Source of the DNA: a virus
Lineage: Duplodnaviria > Caudoviricetes
Length of the DNA: 64,000 bases
Strand: one strand, 5' to 3'
Virus record (IMG/VR): IMGVR_UViG_3300037455_001397
Location: 1 to 64,000 of that record
Positions 1 to 8,830 of the stretch are shown here, piece by piece. The notes below the pieces were generated by a model. It made no database searches. It saw only the letters and a program-made list of their open reading frames with translations, and was not told the DNA's origin. Position 1 is the stretch's first letter. Every line of letters starts with the position of its first letter. Position numbers and translations under genes: made by a program.

Positions 1-1981
1 TGGCCACCGCGAGGCGAGCGTGGACAAAGCTCTTCCAGAAGTTCGAGTCATAGATAACGTGCCGGACAGCCCGCTTCTTTGCGACGCTCGGCATCATCCA
101 GTTGAAGCCCAGGCGGTCGCCCGGCTGTTTGCGATATTCCGTCATGGGTTTCGAACTCGCACCGACATAGCGCCCATGGCTCGGCAGCACGATTCCGGCG
201 AATCTGGACTCGCGGCAGAACTGATAGACCAAGTCCGTACTCTGGCCCCAATTGGCGTCGATCAGCGCACGTTCGATTTTCAGCACGGCTCCGTCCTCTC
301 GCTCCCACTCGCGTCCGAGCAGATCGTCGGTCAGGGCTGTCAGTGCGGCGTACAGGCCGCCTTCAAGTCCGGCACGAGGGAACTCGCTCTGGATGGTCGG
401 ATTGGCGTCGGCAAGCGAGAATTCGCGCCTGTGCTGGTCGGGCCATGCGCCGTAGTCAATGACACTCCCGGTGAAGTTCTCCGCCCACGCTGTTACCACA
501 TAAAACAGTAATGCCTTCTGCACGTCGATGAACAGCGTGATCCGGTCGCAGGCAAGCGGGACCTTGTTATGCGGGAGGCCGTTGATCTTCGCACAGATCG
601 CGTCTATGCTCAGAATCTCCTCGCCGCCCGTGTCTTCGGGGAGCGGGTCGTTCTGATACTCGGCAGCAAAAGCGATTTCGTCCTGGAACTTCAAATTCAT
701 GGCATGCTGAAGAGCGCTGATCTCGTCATGATTGTACCGGGCTTCCCAGCTCACCTTCGCGCCTTCGTCCATCTCCGCACGGTGTGCTTCGTAGAACTCG
801 GTCGCCCTGCGAAAGTTACCGTCTTCCCGCAGAGCCTCCGCACGAATCTCGGCATACTTTTCCCAAAGCTTCATGTTCTTCGGGAATTCGTACACCATTT
901 TCGTCCGCTCGCCGTTCCAGTCGGGGTGCGTCTGCCGGTTGAGGATGATGTCGGCCATGTCGCCGGGTCTGATGATCGTGCAGGGCATGATGCCCGAAAT
1001 CTTCTGACCGGGACCGGCAAGACCGAGGATGTCGCCCGCCAGCACACGGATGCGTTTGCGGGTCTGTTCCAAGGAACCGGCGCTCTCGCTCGTTTGCGGG
1101 TCATCGATCACCACGAGGCTCGGTCGAACACTGCGGCCGTCCGGCCGCTTATACTTCATACCGCGGATTCGTCCGGTGATACCAGCCACGCGTACCACAA
1201 TGCCGCTCGCCGCGCTGCCCTTGATGGTCGGCAGTACGATCTCGTTGCTCGTCCAAGTGATGCGGGTGCGTTCTCCGTGGTACAGCTGACCGGCGCACCT
1301 GTTCGCGATGCCGTCGAGCTGCTGAATCGGATAGCAGACCTCAGGGAAGTCGGCAGATAGATGCTCGTTGATCTCGAACTCGGTCATGAGGGAATCCAGC
1401 AGTTCCAAGGCCGCCGATTCTGTTGCGCCGATGAGCATAATGAATTCGCGATGGCCGTAGAGCATCGCCCAGATTGCCGCGACCTCAGTCAAACTGGACT
1501 TCCCAGAGCCGCGCGGCATCGCCAAAGCGAACAGGCCGCCCTTCAAAACAGCCGTCTCGATTTTATGAATCGCCTTTAGGTGATCGGGCGACCATTCCAG
1601 AGAAAACGTTTCCGGGAAGTATTCCTCGCAGAACATCCTGAAATTCGTCCGGCACCGTTTCTTCCTCTCCGGGTTCACCACATCCGGCAGTTCCCCGATG
1701 TCGCGTCCGGCCATCGCGAGAGCAAGGTTCCGGTTTCGCGCGGCATTCTTCTTTTCCTCATACGTCAACGGCGTCATGCTCTGCCTCACCATGAGCTCGG
1801 AACGGAGCCAGGCGGCGTACTTGAACAGGTTCACGGTCTGCCCGCCGTCATCGCTGATGCGAAAGCCTGCGCGGTCGCGATGCCGCCTGAGCTGGCGATC
1901 ATTCAGCACCGCCATCAGCGGCGTCGTATTCACGATGCGGACGATTTCAATCGGTTTGAGTTTGGTCGGGTTCATTGGCAT
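1..1981 (-). CDS. terL: Phage terminase large subunit, GpA-like (C-terminus runs off window)
   Basis: Read by hand: MPMNPTKLKP...; Walker A AMPRGSGKS, Walker B SLVVIDDPQ, nuclease FIDVQ. GGAG RBS upstream. Absent from ORF track because there is no stop in the window. Confidence 0.9.
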   Translation of the reverse strand, partial: MPMNPTKLKPIEIVRIVNTTPLMAVLNDRQLRRHRDRAGFRISDDGGQTVNLFKYAAWLRSELMVRQSMTPLTYEEKKNAARNRNLALAMAGRDIGELPDVVNPERKKRCRTNFRMFCEEYFPETFSLEWSPDHLKAIHKIETAVLKGGLFALAMPRGSGKSSLTEVAAIWAMLYGHREFIMLIGATESAALELLDSLMTEFEINEHLSADFPEVCYPIQQLDGIANRCAGQLYHGERTRITWTSNEIVLPTIKGSAASGIVVRVAGITGRIRGMKYKRPDGRSVRPSLVVIDDPQTSESAGSLEQTRKRIRVLAGDILGLAGPGQKISGIMPCTIIRPGDMADIILNRQTHPDWNGERTKMVYEFPKNMKLWEKYAEIRAEALREDGNFRRATEFYEAHRAEMDEGAKVSWEARYNHDEISALQHAMNLKFQDEIAFAAEYQNDPLPEDTGGEEILSIDAICAKINGLPHNKVPLACDRITLFIDVQKALLFYVVTAWAENFTGSVIDYGAWPDQHRREFSLADANPTIQSEFPRAGLEGGLYAALTALTDDLLGREWEREDGAVLKIERALIDANWGQSTDLVYQFCRESRFAGIVLPSHGRYVGASSKPMTEYRKQPGDRLGFNWMMPSVAKKRAVRHVIYDSNFWKSFVHARLAVA

Positions 1982-2171
1982 TGTTATTTATCTCCTTCAG
2001 TGTCCACGCCATATAACTGATGAAATTGACTGTGCCGTCGGCGTTGCGTGGTGCACCCGCGTCAAAGTCGCTATGCAGAAGTTCCAAGGTCATGCCGCGA
2101 TAGCCGGACTTGACCAGAACGTCCACCACCTGTTCCGGCGTCAAAGCCAGCAGGTTCCGATGGTTTTCCAT
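1947..2171 (-). CDS. Small protein upstream of terL, possible terminase small subunit
   Basis: 74 aa with RBS, overlaps terL start; GAPRNADGTVNFISYMAW motif. Confidence 0.65.
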   Translation of the reverse strand: MENHRNLLALTPEQVVDVLVKSGYRGMTLELLHSDFDAGAPRNADGTVNFISYMAWTLKEINNNANEPDQTQTD

Positions 2172-2194
2172 GAAAGCCTCTCCTTTCTGGGATT

Positions 2195-2267
2195 AAGTTC
2201 GATTAAATCTGGGTTTAAGTTCAAATTCGACTGGACAAAGCGGAAACATGCGCTTTAAGTAATGTCG
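2195..2267 (+). promoter_or_regulatory. Copy of the cassette promoter motif (AAGTTC..GACTGG-N14-TGCGCT-TTAAGTAATGTCG)
   Basis: Same motif and spacing as the copy at 47024 (N21 between aagttcRattaaa and gactgg). Confidence 0.7.
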
Positions 2268-2312
2268 TCCGCTCGAATAAGCTCACCAACAACACCAAAC
2301 AGGAGGTCATCA

Positions 2313-3008
2313 ATGAGCAACAGCGAAGTTAAAGTCGGAAGCCTTATCAGAGTTAAGGTCGGTCGCAACCTCATCCTCGCAAGAGTCCTCGAAGTCCTCA
2401 ACGACGGATTCCGCGTGTGCAGCGTCGCGAAAAACAAGGAGTTCAACGTGCCGCAGAGCCGGGTCCAGCTCGACGGAGAACAGCCCGCACCCGCAAACAC
2501 GGAGCCGCAGGCCGAGACCACGGTGCAGACCGAGCAGGAATCCGCAGAAGCTTCAGCACAGGAACCGCAGGCCGAACAGGCTGAAGCCGCCGTGGAGACC
2601 TCCGAGCAGGAAGCGGCAGAGCCGGAGGTTCCGGCCGCAGATGCCGAATCCGGCACCCCCGCCACCGTGGAAGTTGTCCCCGAAGACGAAGCTGCCGAGT
2701 TCACGCCCTCCGGTGAGGATGAAGAAGACGAGTACGCCATCAACCCTGCCCACGAGTCCGACAAACCGGTCAAGCGTATGTCGCTCCTCAGCGCCGCCGT
2801 CGAGGTTCTCAAAGCCGCCGGACCCGAACACCCGATGAACTGCAAGGAAATCCTTGAAGCCATCCTCGAACGCCATCTGTGGACACCGACCGACTGCAAG
2901 ACGCCGGAACAGACCCTCTACGGGAGCATCTTCCGCGAGATCAACACAAAGGAGCATCCCCGCATCGTGAAGAGCAACGTCAAGGGCAAATTCGTAATCG
3001 CAGACTGA
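2313..3008 (+). CDS. HARE-HTH (HB1/ASXL/RNAP delta-like winged helix) protein with acidic linker
   Basis: C-terminal MSLLSAAVEVL..PMNCKEI..KTPEQTLYGSIFREI; AGGAGG RBS before ATG 2313. Confidence 0.8.
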   Translation: MSNSEVKVGSLIRVKVGRNLILARVLEVLNDGFRVCSVAKNKEFNVPQSRVQLDGEQPAPANTEPQAETTVQTEQESAEASAQEPQAEQAEAAVETSEQEAAEPEVPAADAESGTPATVEVVPEDEAAEFTPSGEDEEDEYAINPAHESDKPVKRMSLLSAAVEVLKAAGPEHPMNCKEILEAILERHLWTPTDCKTPEQTLYGSIFREINTKEHPRIVKSNVKGKFVIAD

Positions 3009-3021
3009 CAGTCGCAGACTT

Positions 3022-3051
3022 GAAAGTAGGTCGCATCGTCGACCTACTTTC
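3022..3051. terminator. 12-bp perfect hairpin after the HARE-HTH gene
   Basis: GAAAGTAGGTCG-catcgt-CGACCTACTTTC. Confidence 0.55.
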
Positions 3052-3130
3052 TAACGAATCAGACAGACGCTGTGTGTTTGGAGTCTGCACCAGTGTCTTT
3101 AAAAAAAATCAAGAAAAGTGAGTTTCTTAT

Positions 3131-3166
3131 TTGAAAAAGTGCGTCAATAGTGTTATATTTGACGCA
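3131..3166 (+). promoter_or_regulatory. abiE promoter with overlapping inverted-repeat operator
   Basis: TTGAAA-17-TATATT; TGCGTCAA-N11-TTGACGCA straddles the -10, as expected for AbiEi autorepression. Confidence 0.75.
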
Positions 3167-3190
3167 GATTTCTAATTTTGGAGGATCACG

Positions 3191-3784
3191 ATGAACAAGA
3201 CAAACAGGCTCAGAAGGATGCTCAGACGAGGTTTTGTCGATGCCGCGGCAGCACACAGGGCTGGAATTCCAATCAGTCTTGTATACCCTCTTGTTAAGAC
3301 CGGCGAAGCCAGGCGCGTTTCAAGAGGCATCTATTCATCGGCAAATGCCGGATATTCTGATATGGCGGATTACGAAACGCTTGCCATGACTGTTCCGCAG
3401 GGAGTGTTCTGTCTGCTTTCCGCCCTTCGGCTGTACAATCTGACGGATGAAAATCCTCATGAGCTTTATGTCGCCATTAAGCGAGGATACCATCCTCCGC
3501 GCGTTGCCCACCCGCCAGTCTGTTTCGTTTACCGGAGTGAACCACATTATTCAGCTGAGGTGGAGACCCGCCTGTCAAATGGAATTCCAATCCGGGTGTA
3601 CAGCCTGGAGCAAACGCTTGTGGATTGTTTCAAGGCCAGAAACAAAATCGGTCTGGACGTTGCCATTTCCGCTCTGCGGGAAGCATTCAACAATAACATG
3701 GTCGACCGAAACAATCTTTGGGAGGCCGCAAATCGTTGTCGGGTTTCGCGGGTCATGCGTCCCTACCTGGAGGCACTTTCATGA
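3191..3784 (+). CDS. abiEi: Type IV TA / abortive infection antitoxin AbiEi
   Basis: RVSRGIY wHTH, GVFCLLSALRLYNLTDENP, YSLEQTLVDCFK; coupled to downstream nucleotidyltransferase. Confidence 0.85.
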   Translation: MNKTNRLRRMLRRGFVDAAAAHRAGIPISLVYPLVKTGEARRVSRGIYSSANAGYSDMADYETLAMTVPQGVFCLLSALRLYNLTDENPHELYVAIKRGYHPPRVAHPPVCFVYRSEPHYSAEVETRLSNGIPIRVYSLEQTLVDCFKARNKIGLDVAISALREAFNNNMVDRNNLWEAANRCRVSRVMRPYLEALS

Positions 3785-4692
3785 GCGCAAACACAATAAA
3801 GAACATGGGACATTCTGTTAATGTCCGCCTGAAACAACTGGCCCAGGAACAGAATGTCGGCTTTGACTATCTTCTTCTGCGGTATGCCTACGAACGTTTT
3901 CTCTATCGTTTAGGGCAAAGCTCGTATGCAAAACGTTTCATCTTGAAGGGAGCCAGCGTCTTTTCCGTATGGTTCGGTCCGATGCTTCGCGTAACCCGCG
4001 ATACCGATTTGCTTTGTCACGGGAATTCCGATCCCGAATATCTCGTTCAATGCTTCCGCGAAATCTGCGAAACGGTTGTCCCGGACGATGGAATCGTTTT
4101 TGATTCCTCGTCCATCTCATCCAGCGAAATCAAAAAGGATGCAAAATATCACGGCACAAGAATTGCGTTCAACGCCAGAATACAGAACGCAAGAGTCCCC
4201 ATGCAGTTTGATATCGGCTCTGGCGATTCCATTTATCCGGAGGCGGAACTCCAGGAGTATCCGAGGCTTTTGGACAGATTCCAGCCCCCGAATATTCTTG
4301 TCTATTCCCGCTACACTGTAATTGCCGAGAAATTCGAGGCTATCACGGCACTTGGCATGTTGAACAGCCGTTTGAAAGATTTCTTCGATATCTGGCTTCT
4401 GTCGGAACGATTTGATTTCGATTTCCAGTTACTTGAACAGGCAATATCAAAAACGTTCCAACGTCGTGACAGCATCCTTCCGGCTGAACTCCCCATCGGA
4501 CTTACGAAAGAGTTTTATGAAGACCCGATCAAGCAGTCCCAATGGCGGGCATTCTTAAAGAAAGTATCCCCGAAACAAAAGCCTGAAAGTCTGCGAGAGG
4601 CCATTGATAAAATCAGCATCTTTCTTCTTCCGTTCGTTTCCTCCGGGAAAAAACAACTCACGAAATGGGTTGCCGGAAAAGGTTGGATGTGA
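3781..4692 (+). CDS. abiEii: Nucleotidyltransferase toxin AbiEii
   Basis: ERFLYRL, FILKGA, RVTRDTDL, AEKFEA, NSRLKDFFDI; ATGA overlap with abiEi. Confidence 0.88.
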   Translation: MSANTIKNMGHSVNVRLKQLAQEQNVGFDYLLLRYAYERFLYRLGQSSYAKRFILKGASVFSVWFGPMLRVTRDTDLLCHGNSDPEYLVQCFREICETVVPDDGIVFDSSSISSSEIKKDAKYHGTRIAFNARIQNARVPMQFDIGSGDSIYPEAELQEYPRLLDRFQPPNILVYSRYTVIAEKFEAITALGMLNSRLKDFFDIWLLSERFDFDFQLLEQAISKTFQRRDSILPAELPIGLTKEFYEDPIKQSQWRAFLKKVSPKQKPESLREAIDKISIFLLPFVSSGKKQLTKWVAGKGWM

Positions 4693-4705
4693 TGTCCCCC
4701 GCCCA

Positions 4706-4939
4706 TCACTTGGATGGGCGGGTCTCGTCCTTCCTCCACGCAAAGATGCCCCAGATGGCGAACGCCAGGTGGACGGTGTCCAGCACAGCGCGACTGAACA
4801 GACCTGATGCCACGTCGAAGCCGAGCCAGGCGATGTTTCCGACCGCCCACAGGTAGAAGCACAGGATGTTCTTCCTGACGTTCAAGACCGTTCCTGCGAG
4901 GCTGATGAACGTGATGATCCAGGTGAACGCCGCCATCAT
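4706..4939 (-). CDS. Small membrane protein, PnuC-like
   Basis: Three hydrophobic segments (SLAGTVLNVRKNILCFYLWAVGN...WGIFAW); ATGA overlap with metK stop. Confidence 0.6.
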   Translation of the reverse strand: MMAAFTWIITFISLAGTVLNVRKNILCFYLWAVGNIAWLGFDVASGLFSRAVLDTVHLAFAIWGIFAWRKDETRPSK

Positions 4940-5952
4940 GTGAAGAGTCCGTTTCTGCACATCTGCGCGGACCTCGGCTCCCGCAGGCGGAAGTGCCGAA
5001 TGAGTTCATCGGGGCTGACGCTCTCGCGGTACGCCAGAAGCTCGTTGCCCTGTCGGTCGGTGAACACGACGAGAATCTCCGGCGAACCGATGCGACAGGA
5101 AATCGCGCAGAACACCTCCGGGCACTCCGGGTGCTCCTTGATGTAGGACAGAGCACGAGCTCGAGCGAGCAAATTCAGCGACAGGTCGGCTTTCGTGCCA
5201 TCCTTCGTCCAGGGCGAGCCGCCGCCGATCTTGCAGTTCCCGCCATAGAAGTCCACGGCAAGCTTACGTCCGGTCACGCCGCAGTCCCCAACGGGGCCGT
5301 GCTTCACGAACTTGCCCGTGCCGTTGATGTGGAGCTTGTATTCGCGGCTGCCGTCGCAGCAGAACGCGACCGCGTTCCCGATGTCGGAATCGAAGTGGCG
5401 ATGATTCATTGGAATGGCGACGACGATTTCCTCAATCCGGTCGTCCTTCATCGTGACCTGCGTCTTGATGTCGATACCCGCATATCGGGTGTCGTACAGG
5501 TGCTTCCCAATCTTCCGGGCAAGCCACCAGTCCTTCGGCATGTAATCTGTCTCCGGAGTGTTCGTGGCCATGCCCCAGAAGATTCCTTGGTCACCCCAGC
5601 CGGACTTGTTCACGCCCTGTGCGATGTCGGGCGACTGCCGTCCGATGTGCTGCGTGACCTCGATGTCGTCGCCGCAAATCGTGTTCTCCTTGCCCCAGAA
5701 CCGCTGGTACGCCTTGGTGTAGCCGATCTGGTTCACGGCAATCCGAACGAACGCCGCGATGTCCGCCGGGGAATACTGCGCCTTACTGGTGATCTCCCCG
5801 CCAAGCGTGACGTGGTTGTCCTTGATCATGACCTCCAGTGCGTATCGCGTCATCGGGTCTTTTTCGAGGAAGCGGTCGAGGATGAAGCAGGACAGATAGT
5901 CCGCAGCTTTATCCGGGTGGCCTAGGGACACATACTCTGATGTTCTGTACAT
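4936..5952 (-). CDS. metK: S-adenosylmethionine synthetase (phage-encoded)
   Basis: TSEYVSLGHPDK, QSPDIAQGV, GDQG, GDCGVTGRKLAVDFYGG, GGGSPWTKDGTKAD. Confidence 0.92.
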   Translation of the reverse strand: MYRTSEYVSLGHPDKAADYLSCFILDRFLEKDPMTRYALEVMIKDNHVTLGGEITSKAQYSPADIAAFVRIAVNQIGYTKAYQRFWGKENTICGDDIEVTQHIGRQSPDIAQGVNKSGWGDQGIFWGMATNTPETDYMPKDWWLARKIGKHLYDTRYAGIDIKTQVTMKDDRIEEIVVAIPMNHRHFDSDIGNAVAFCCDGSREYKLHINGTGKFVKHGPVGDCGVTGRKLAVDFYGGNCKIGGGSPWTKDGTKADLSLNLLARARALSYIKEHPECPEVFCAISCRIGSPEILVVFTDRQGNELLAYRESVSPDELIRHFRLREPRSAQMCRNGLFT

Positions 5953-5968
5953 TTTTACCTCAAATTTG

Positions 5969-7198
5969 TTAAACGGTTTCAACGGGAGTTTCCGTCACGG
6001 CAGGCGTCAGCCGTTTCCAGTCGCAGCCCTCGCCATACTTGAACTCCGCCCAGCGCCGACGGATGACGTCGCAATAGTGTTCGTCCAGTTCCATCATCCG
6101 GCACACGCGCCCGGTCTGCTCGCATGCAATCAGCGTCGAGCCGGAGCCGCCGAAGTTGTCGAGCACGATTTCGCCATGACGGGACGAGTTCTGAACGAGG
6201 TAGACGAGCATCTCGACGGGCTTCATCGAGGGGTGCTTGTCGTTGCACTTTGGCTTGTCATAGTGCAGAAGGTTCGTCTGGCACCTGTCGGAATACCACG
6301 CATGGGCGGCTCCGGGCTTCCATCCATAAAGCGCTGATTCCGAGGAGTAGTGGTAATCAAACCTTCCGAGCACGAAGCTGTTCTTGATCCAGTACAGCGT
6401 CTCATGAACCTCCAGGTCGTTTTCCTTCGCCGCGAGGCGGAAGTTCGCGGACTCGCTGTCCGAGTGGAAGATGTAGAACACGGCTCCCGGTTCCATCACG
6501 CCCGACGCGCACTTGAATGCATTGTCGAGGAATTTGCGGAAGTCGGCGTCCGGCATGTCGTCGTTCTGGATCGTCAGCCCGTTGCTCCCCTGCAGAGCTA
6601 CATTGTACGGCGGGTCAACGAGATACAGAATCGCCTTGTCCTCGCCCATCAGCTTGGCAGTGTCGGCGGCATCCGTGCTGTCGCCGCACATCAGCCGGTG
6701 TTCGCCGAGCTGGTAAACCTCGCCGCGAACACTGACCGCCACCTCCGGGGCTTCCGGCACAGCGTCCGGCTCCGTTTCCCCGGTCGCCACCTGCTTGTCG
6801 GTATCACCGTTGAGGAGCTTGTCGAGCTCGTCCGAATCAAAGCCGAGGAGCGACAGGTCGAAGTTCGCGTCCTGCAGGTCTTTGATTTCAAAGGGGAGGA
6901 GGTCGTAGTTCCATTCCGCGATCTCGCCGGTCTTGTTGTCGGCGATGCGGTAGGCCTTCACCTGTTCCGGCGTCAAGTTGTCCGCGACGATGACCGGGAC
7001 TTCCGTGAGACCGAGACGCTCGGCGGCCTTTAGGCGGGTGTGACCGCAGATAACGGTCATGTCCTTGTCCGTTACAATCGGCTGCTGCCAGCCAAACTCT
7101 TTGATCGATTTTGCGACGGCATCCACGGCGTCGTCATTGAACCGCGGGTTTTTCTCATAGGGCTTCACCGACGTAATCGGCACGTTTTGGATTTGCAT
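5969..7198 (-). CDS. ParB-N domain fused to N6A/N4C DNA methyltransferase
   Basis: PYEKNPR..GHTRLKAA..YRIADNK; DPPY; HPSMKP; LDNFGGSGST. Confidence 0.9.
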   Translation of the reverse strand: MQIQNVPITSVKPYEKNPRFNDDAVDAVAKSIKEFGWQQPIVTDKDMTVICGHTRLKAAERLGLTEVPVIVADNLTPEQVKAYRIADNKTGEIAEWNYDLLPFEIKDLQDANFDLSLLGFDSDELDKLLNGDTDKQVATGETEPDAVPEAPEVAVSVRGEVYQLGEHRLMCGDSTDAADTAKLMGEDKAILYLVDPPYNVALQGSNGLTIQNDDMPDADFRKFLDNAFKCASGVMEPGAVFYIFHSDSESANFRLAAKENDLEVHETLYWIKNSFVLGRFDYHYSSESALYGWKPGAAHAWYSDRCQTNLLHYDKPKCNDKHPSMKPVEMLVYLVQNSSRHGEIVLDNFGGSGSTLIACEQTGRVCRMMELDEHYCDVIRRRWAEFKYGEGCDWKRLTPAVTETPVETV

Positions 7199-7229
7199 TG
7201 ATAGTCCTTTCAAGTTAAAAAGGTTATGG

Positions 7230-7302
7230 AATCATCCCGAATGGGAAGATTTCGTTTGTTTGCGTTTCAAGTTCGCAATAATCATCCCGAACGGGAAGAT
7301 TT
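7230..7302. repeat. Two copies of an imperfect palindrome, 50 bp apart
   Basis: AATCATCCCGAAYGGGAAGATTT at 7230-7252 and 7280-7302. Confidence 0.8.
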
Positions 7303-7343
7303 GTACAGGATGATTGCAAAAGCGGTTTTGTGGATTTTGGAAC

Positions 7344-7372
7344 TTGCTTTTTCCGTCGCAGCGTGGTATATT
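7344..7372 (+). promoter_or_regulatory. sigma70-like promoter of XRE gene
   Basis: TTGCTT-17-TATATT with extended TG. Confidence 0.6.
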
Positions 7373-7425
7373 ATAGGTGATTGCTCAATTTCAATATTAT
7401 CAGCAAATTACAACGGAGAAACACC

Positions 7426-8007
7426 ATGCCTGATTTCAAACTGACATTCCAAGAAGAAGTCCGCCGTCTTGCCCGCAAGGAAGTAAAAGCCGCTAGCGAA
7501 ACCCTTGCCGCACAGCAGAAGACCATTCGTGAGCTGACGAAACGCATTGACGCCCTTGAAAAGAAACAGGCTGTTCCCGTTGCACAGAAAGCTGATAAAC
7601 CGGAAGAACCGGCTGTCGCAGTGAAATCCGGCAAGGCCAGATTCTCTCCGAAGACCATTATCAAGTTCCGCAAGAAATACGGCATCTCCCAGAAGGGTTT
7701 TGCCGCCCTTCTCGGCGTTGCCACCTTTACGGTCAGCCATTGGGAACTCGGCAAGAATCGTCCTCGTGCCACGCAAGTCGCGGCTATCAGCGCACTGACG
7801 AAACTCGGCAAGAGGAAAGTTGCCGCGCTCCTGGCGGAGAAAGCTCCCGCCGAAGTCGCCAAGAAGCCTACCAAGGCTGCCAAGCCCGCAAAGGCCGACA
7901 AGCCCGCAAAGAAGGCCAGAAAGCCCAGAGCTCCGAAGGCCACAAAGACTGTTGCCGTTCCCGCTCCTGCCGTGGCGACAGACAAAGTCATCACCGTAAA
8001 GCCCTGA
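7426..8007 (+). CDS. XRE-family HTH protein with Lys/Ala/Pro-rich tail
   Basis: IIKFRKKYGISQKGFAALLGVATFTVSHWELGKNRP; KKPTKAAKPAK tail. Confidence 0.8.
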   Translation: MPDFKLTFQEEVRRLARKEVKAASETLAAQQKTIRELTKRIDALEKKQAVPVAQKADKPEEPAVAVKSGKARFSPKTIIKFRKKYGISQKGFAALLGVATFTVSHWELGKNRPRATQVAAISALTKLGKRKVAALLAEKAPAEVAKKPTKAAKPAKADKPAKKARKPRAPKATKTVAVPAPAVATDKVITVKP

Positions 8008-8527
8008 ACCCGACGCAAAACAACGGGTTTTGCATAACGCGCGACAAACGCGATTTGTCGCGTTTTGCCAGTATGATCCCAAACCGGCAAACGCCCGCAA
8101 GCCCCGTCAAATCGCCCTTTGCAACCCCTTAAAAGGCAGGGAAATATAAAACTCGGACAACCGCGGAAACTCTGCCTATTAGGGGGAGTCCTTCCGCGCG
8201 CCATAAGCCATTGATACTCAAGGAGTACCTAATGCGACCTTTTCGAGGTCGGTTTTTTCGACCCCGTGGTATTTTCGAAGAAGGCCGAATTTCGGGGTTT
8301 TGGGGCGATTTGAGGGGCTTTACGGCCTCGCGCGACCTCATACCCGCGCGAGAACGTCGCGCGAATTTGGGCCGTTTCTCGCGTTTCCGTTATTTCTTAT
8401 GGAATCGTGCTTGACTTTCTCGCGAGTGCGTGGTATCGTATGGTACCTTTTCGGGGCTCTGCGTGAGGTGCGCAGGGCAGCCGGCGGTCTCTCGCGGGAT
8501 CGCCGGTAATTTTTTGAGTTTGAGCTC

Positions 8528-8830
8528 TGGGAATCGAGAGTCTGTTGATTATGAGTTGGTTGGATGTTCGATTCCCCAATTCCCATACCAGACAGCGTCC
8601 TGGCATATAAATGGCTGAAAAACACATGCATGTAAGACCCCTTGGGAATCGTGGGAATTGGGGAATTGAGAGATGGGAATTTATTATTTCTTATTGATTG
8701 TTAGTATGTTTCAAAAAAACTCTCGATTCCCACCAAATTCCCAAAACAGCCCTCAATTCCCAAGGTTCCGATTATTTTTCTGACCATCATCTTGGGAATT
8801 TACGATTTGGGAATCGATTTCGGGGAATCG
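8528..8830. repeat. GGGAAT/ATTCCC iteron cluster, putative replication origin
   Basis: More than 10 copies in both orientations around an AT-rich stretch directly downstream of the primase gene. Confidence 0.65.

Noticed and set aside
20-2258. Plus-strand ORFs over the terminase
   Set aside because: Shadows of terL on the minus strand, which carries clear motifs.
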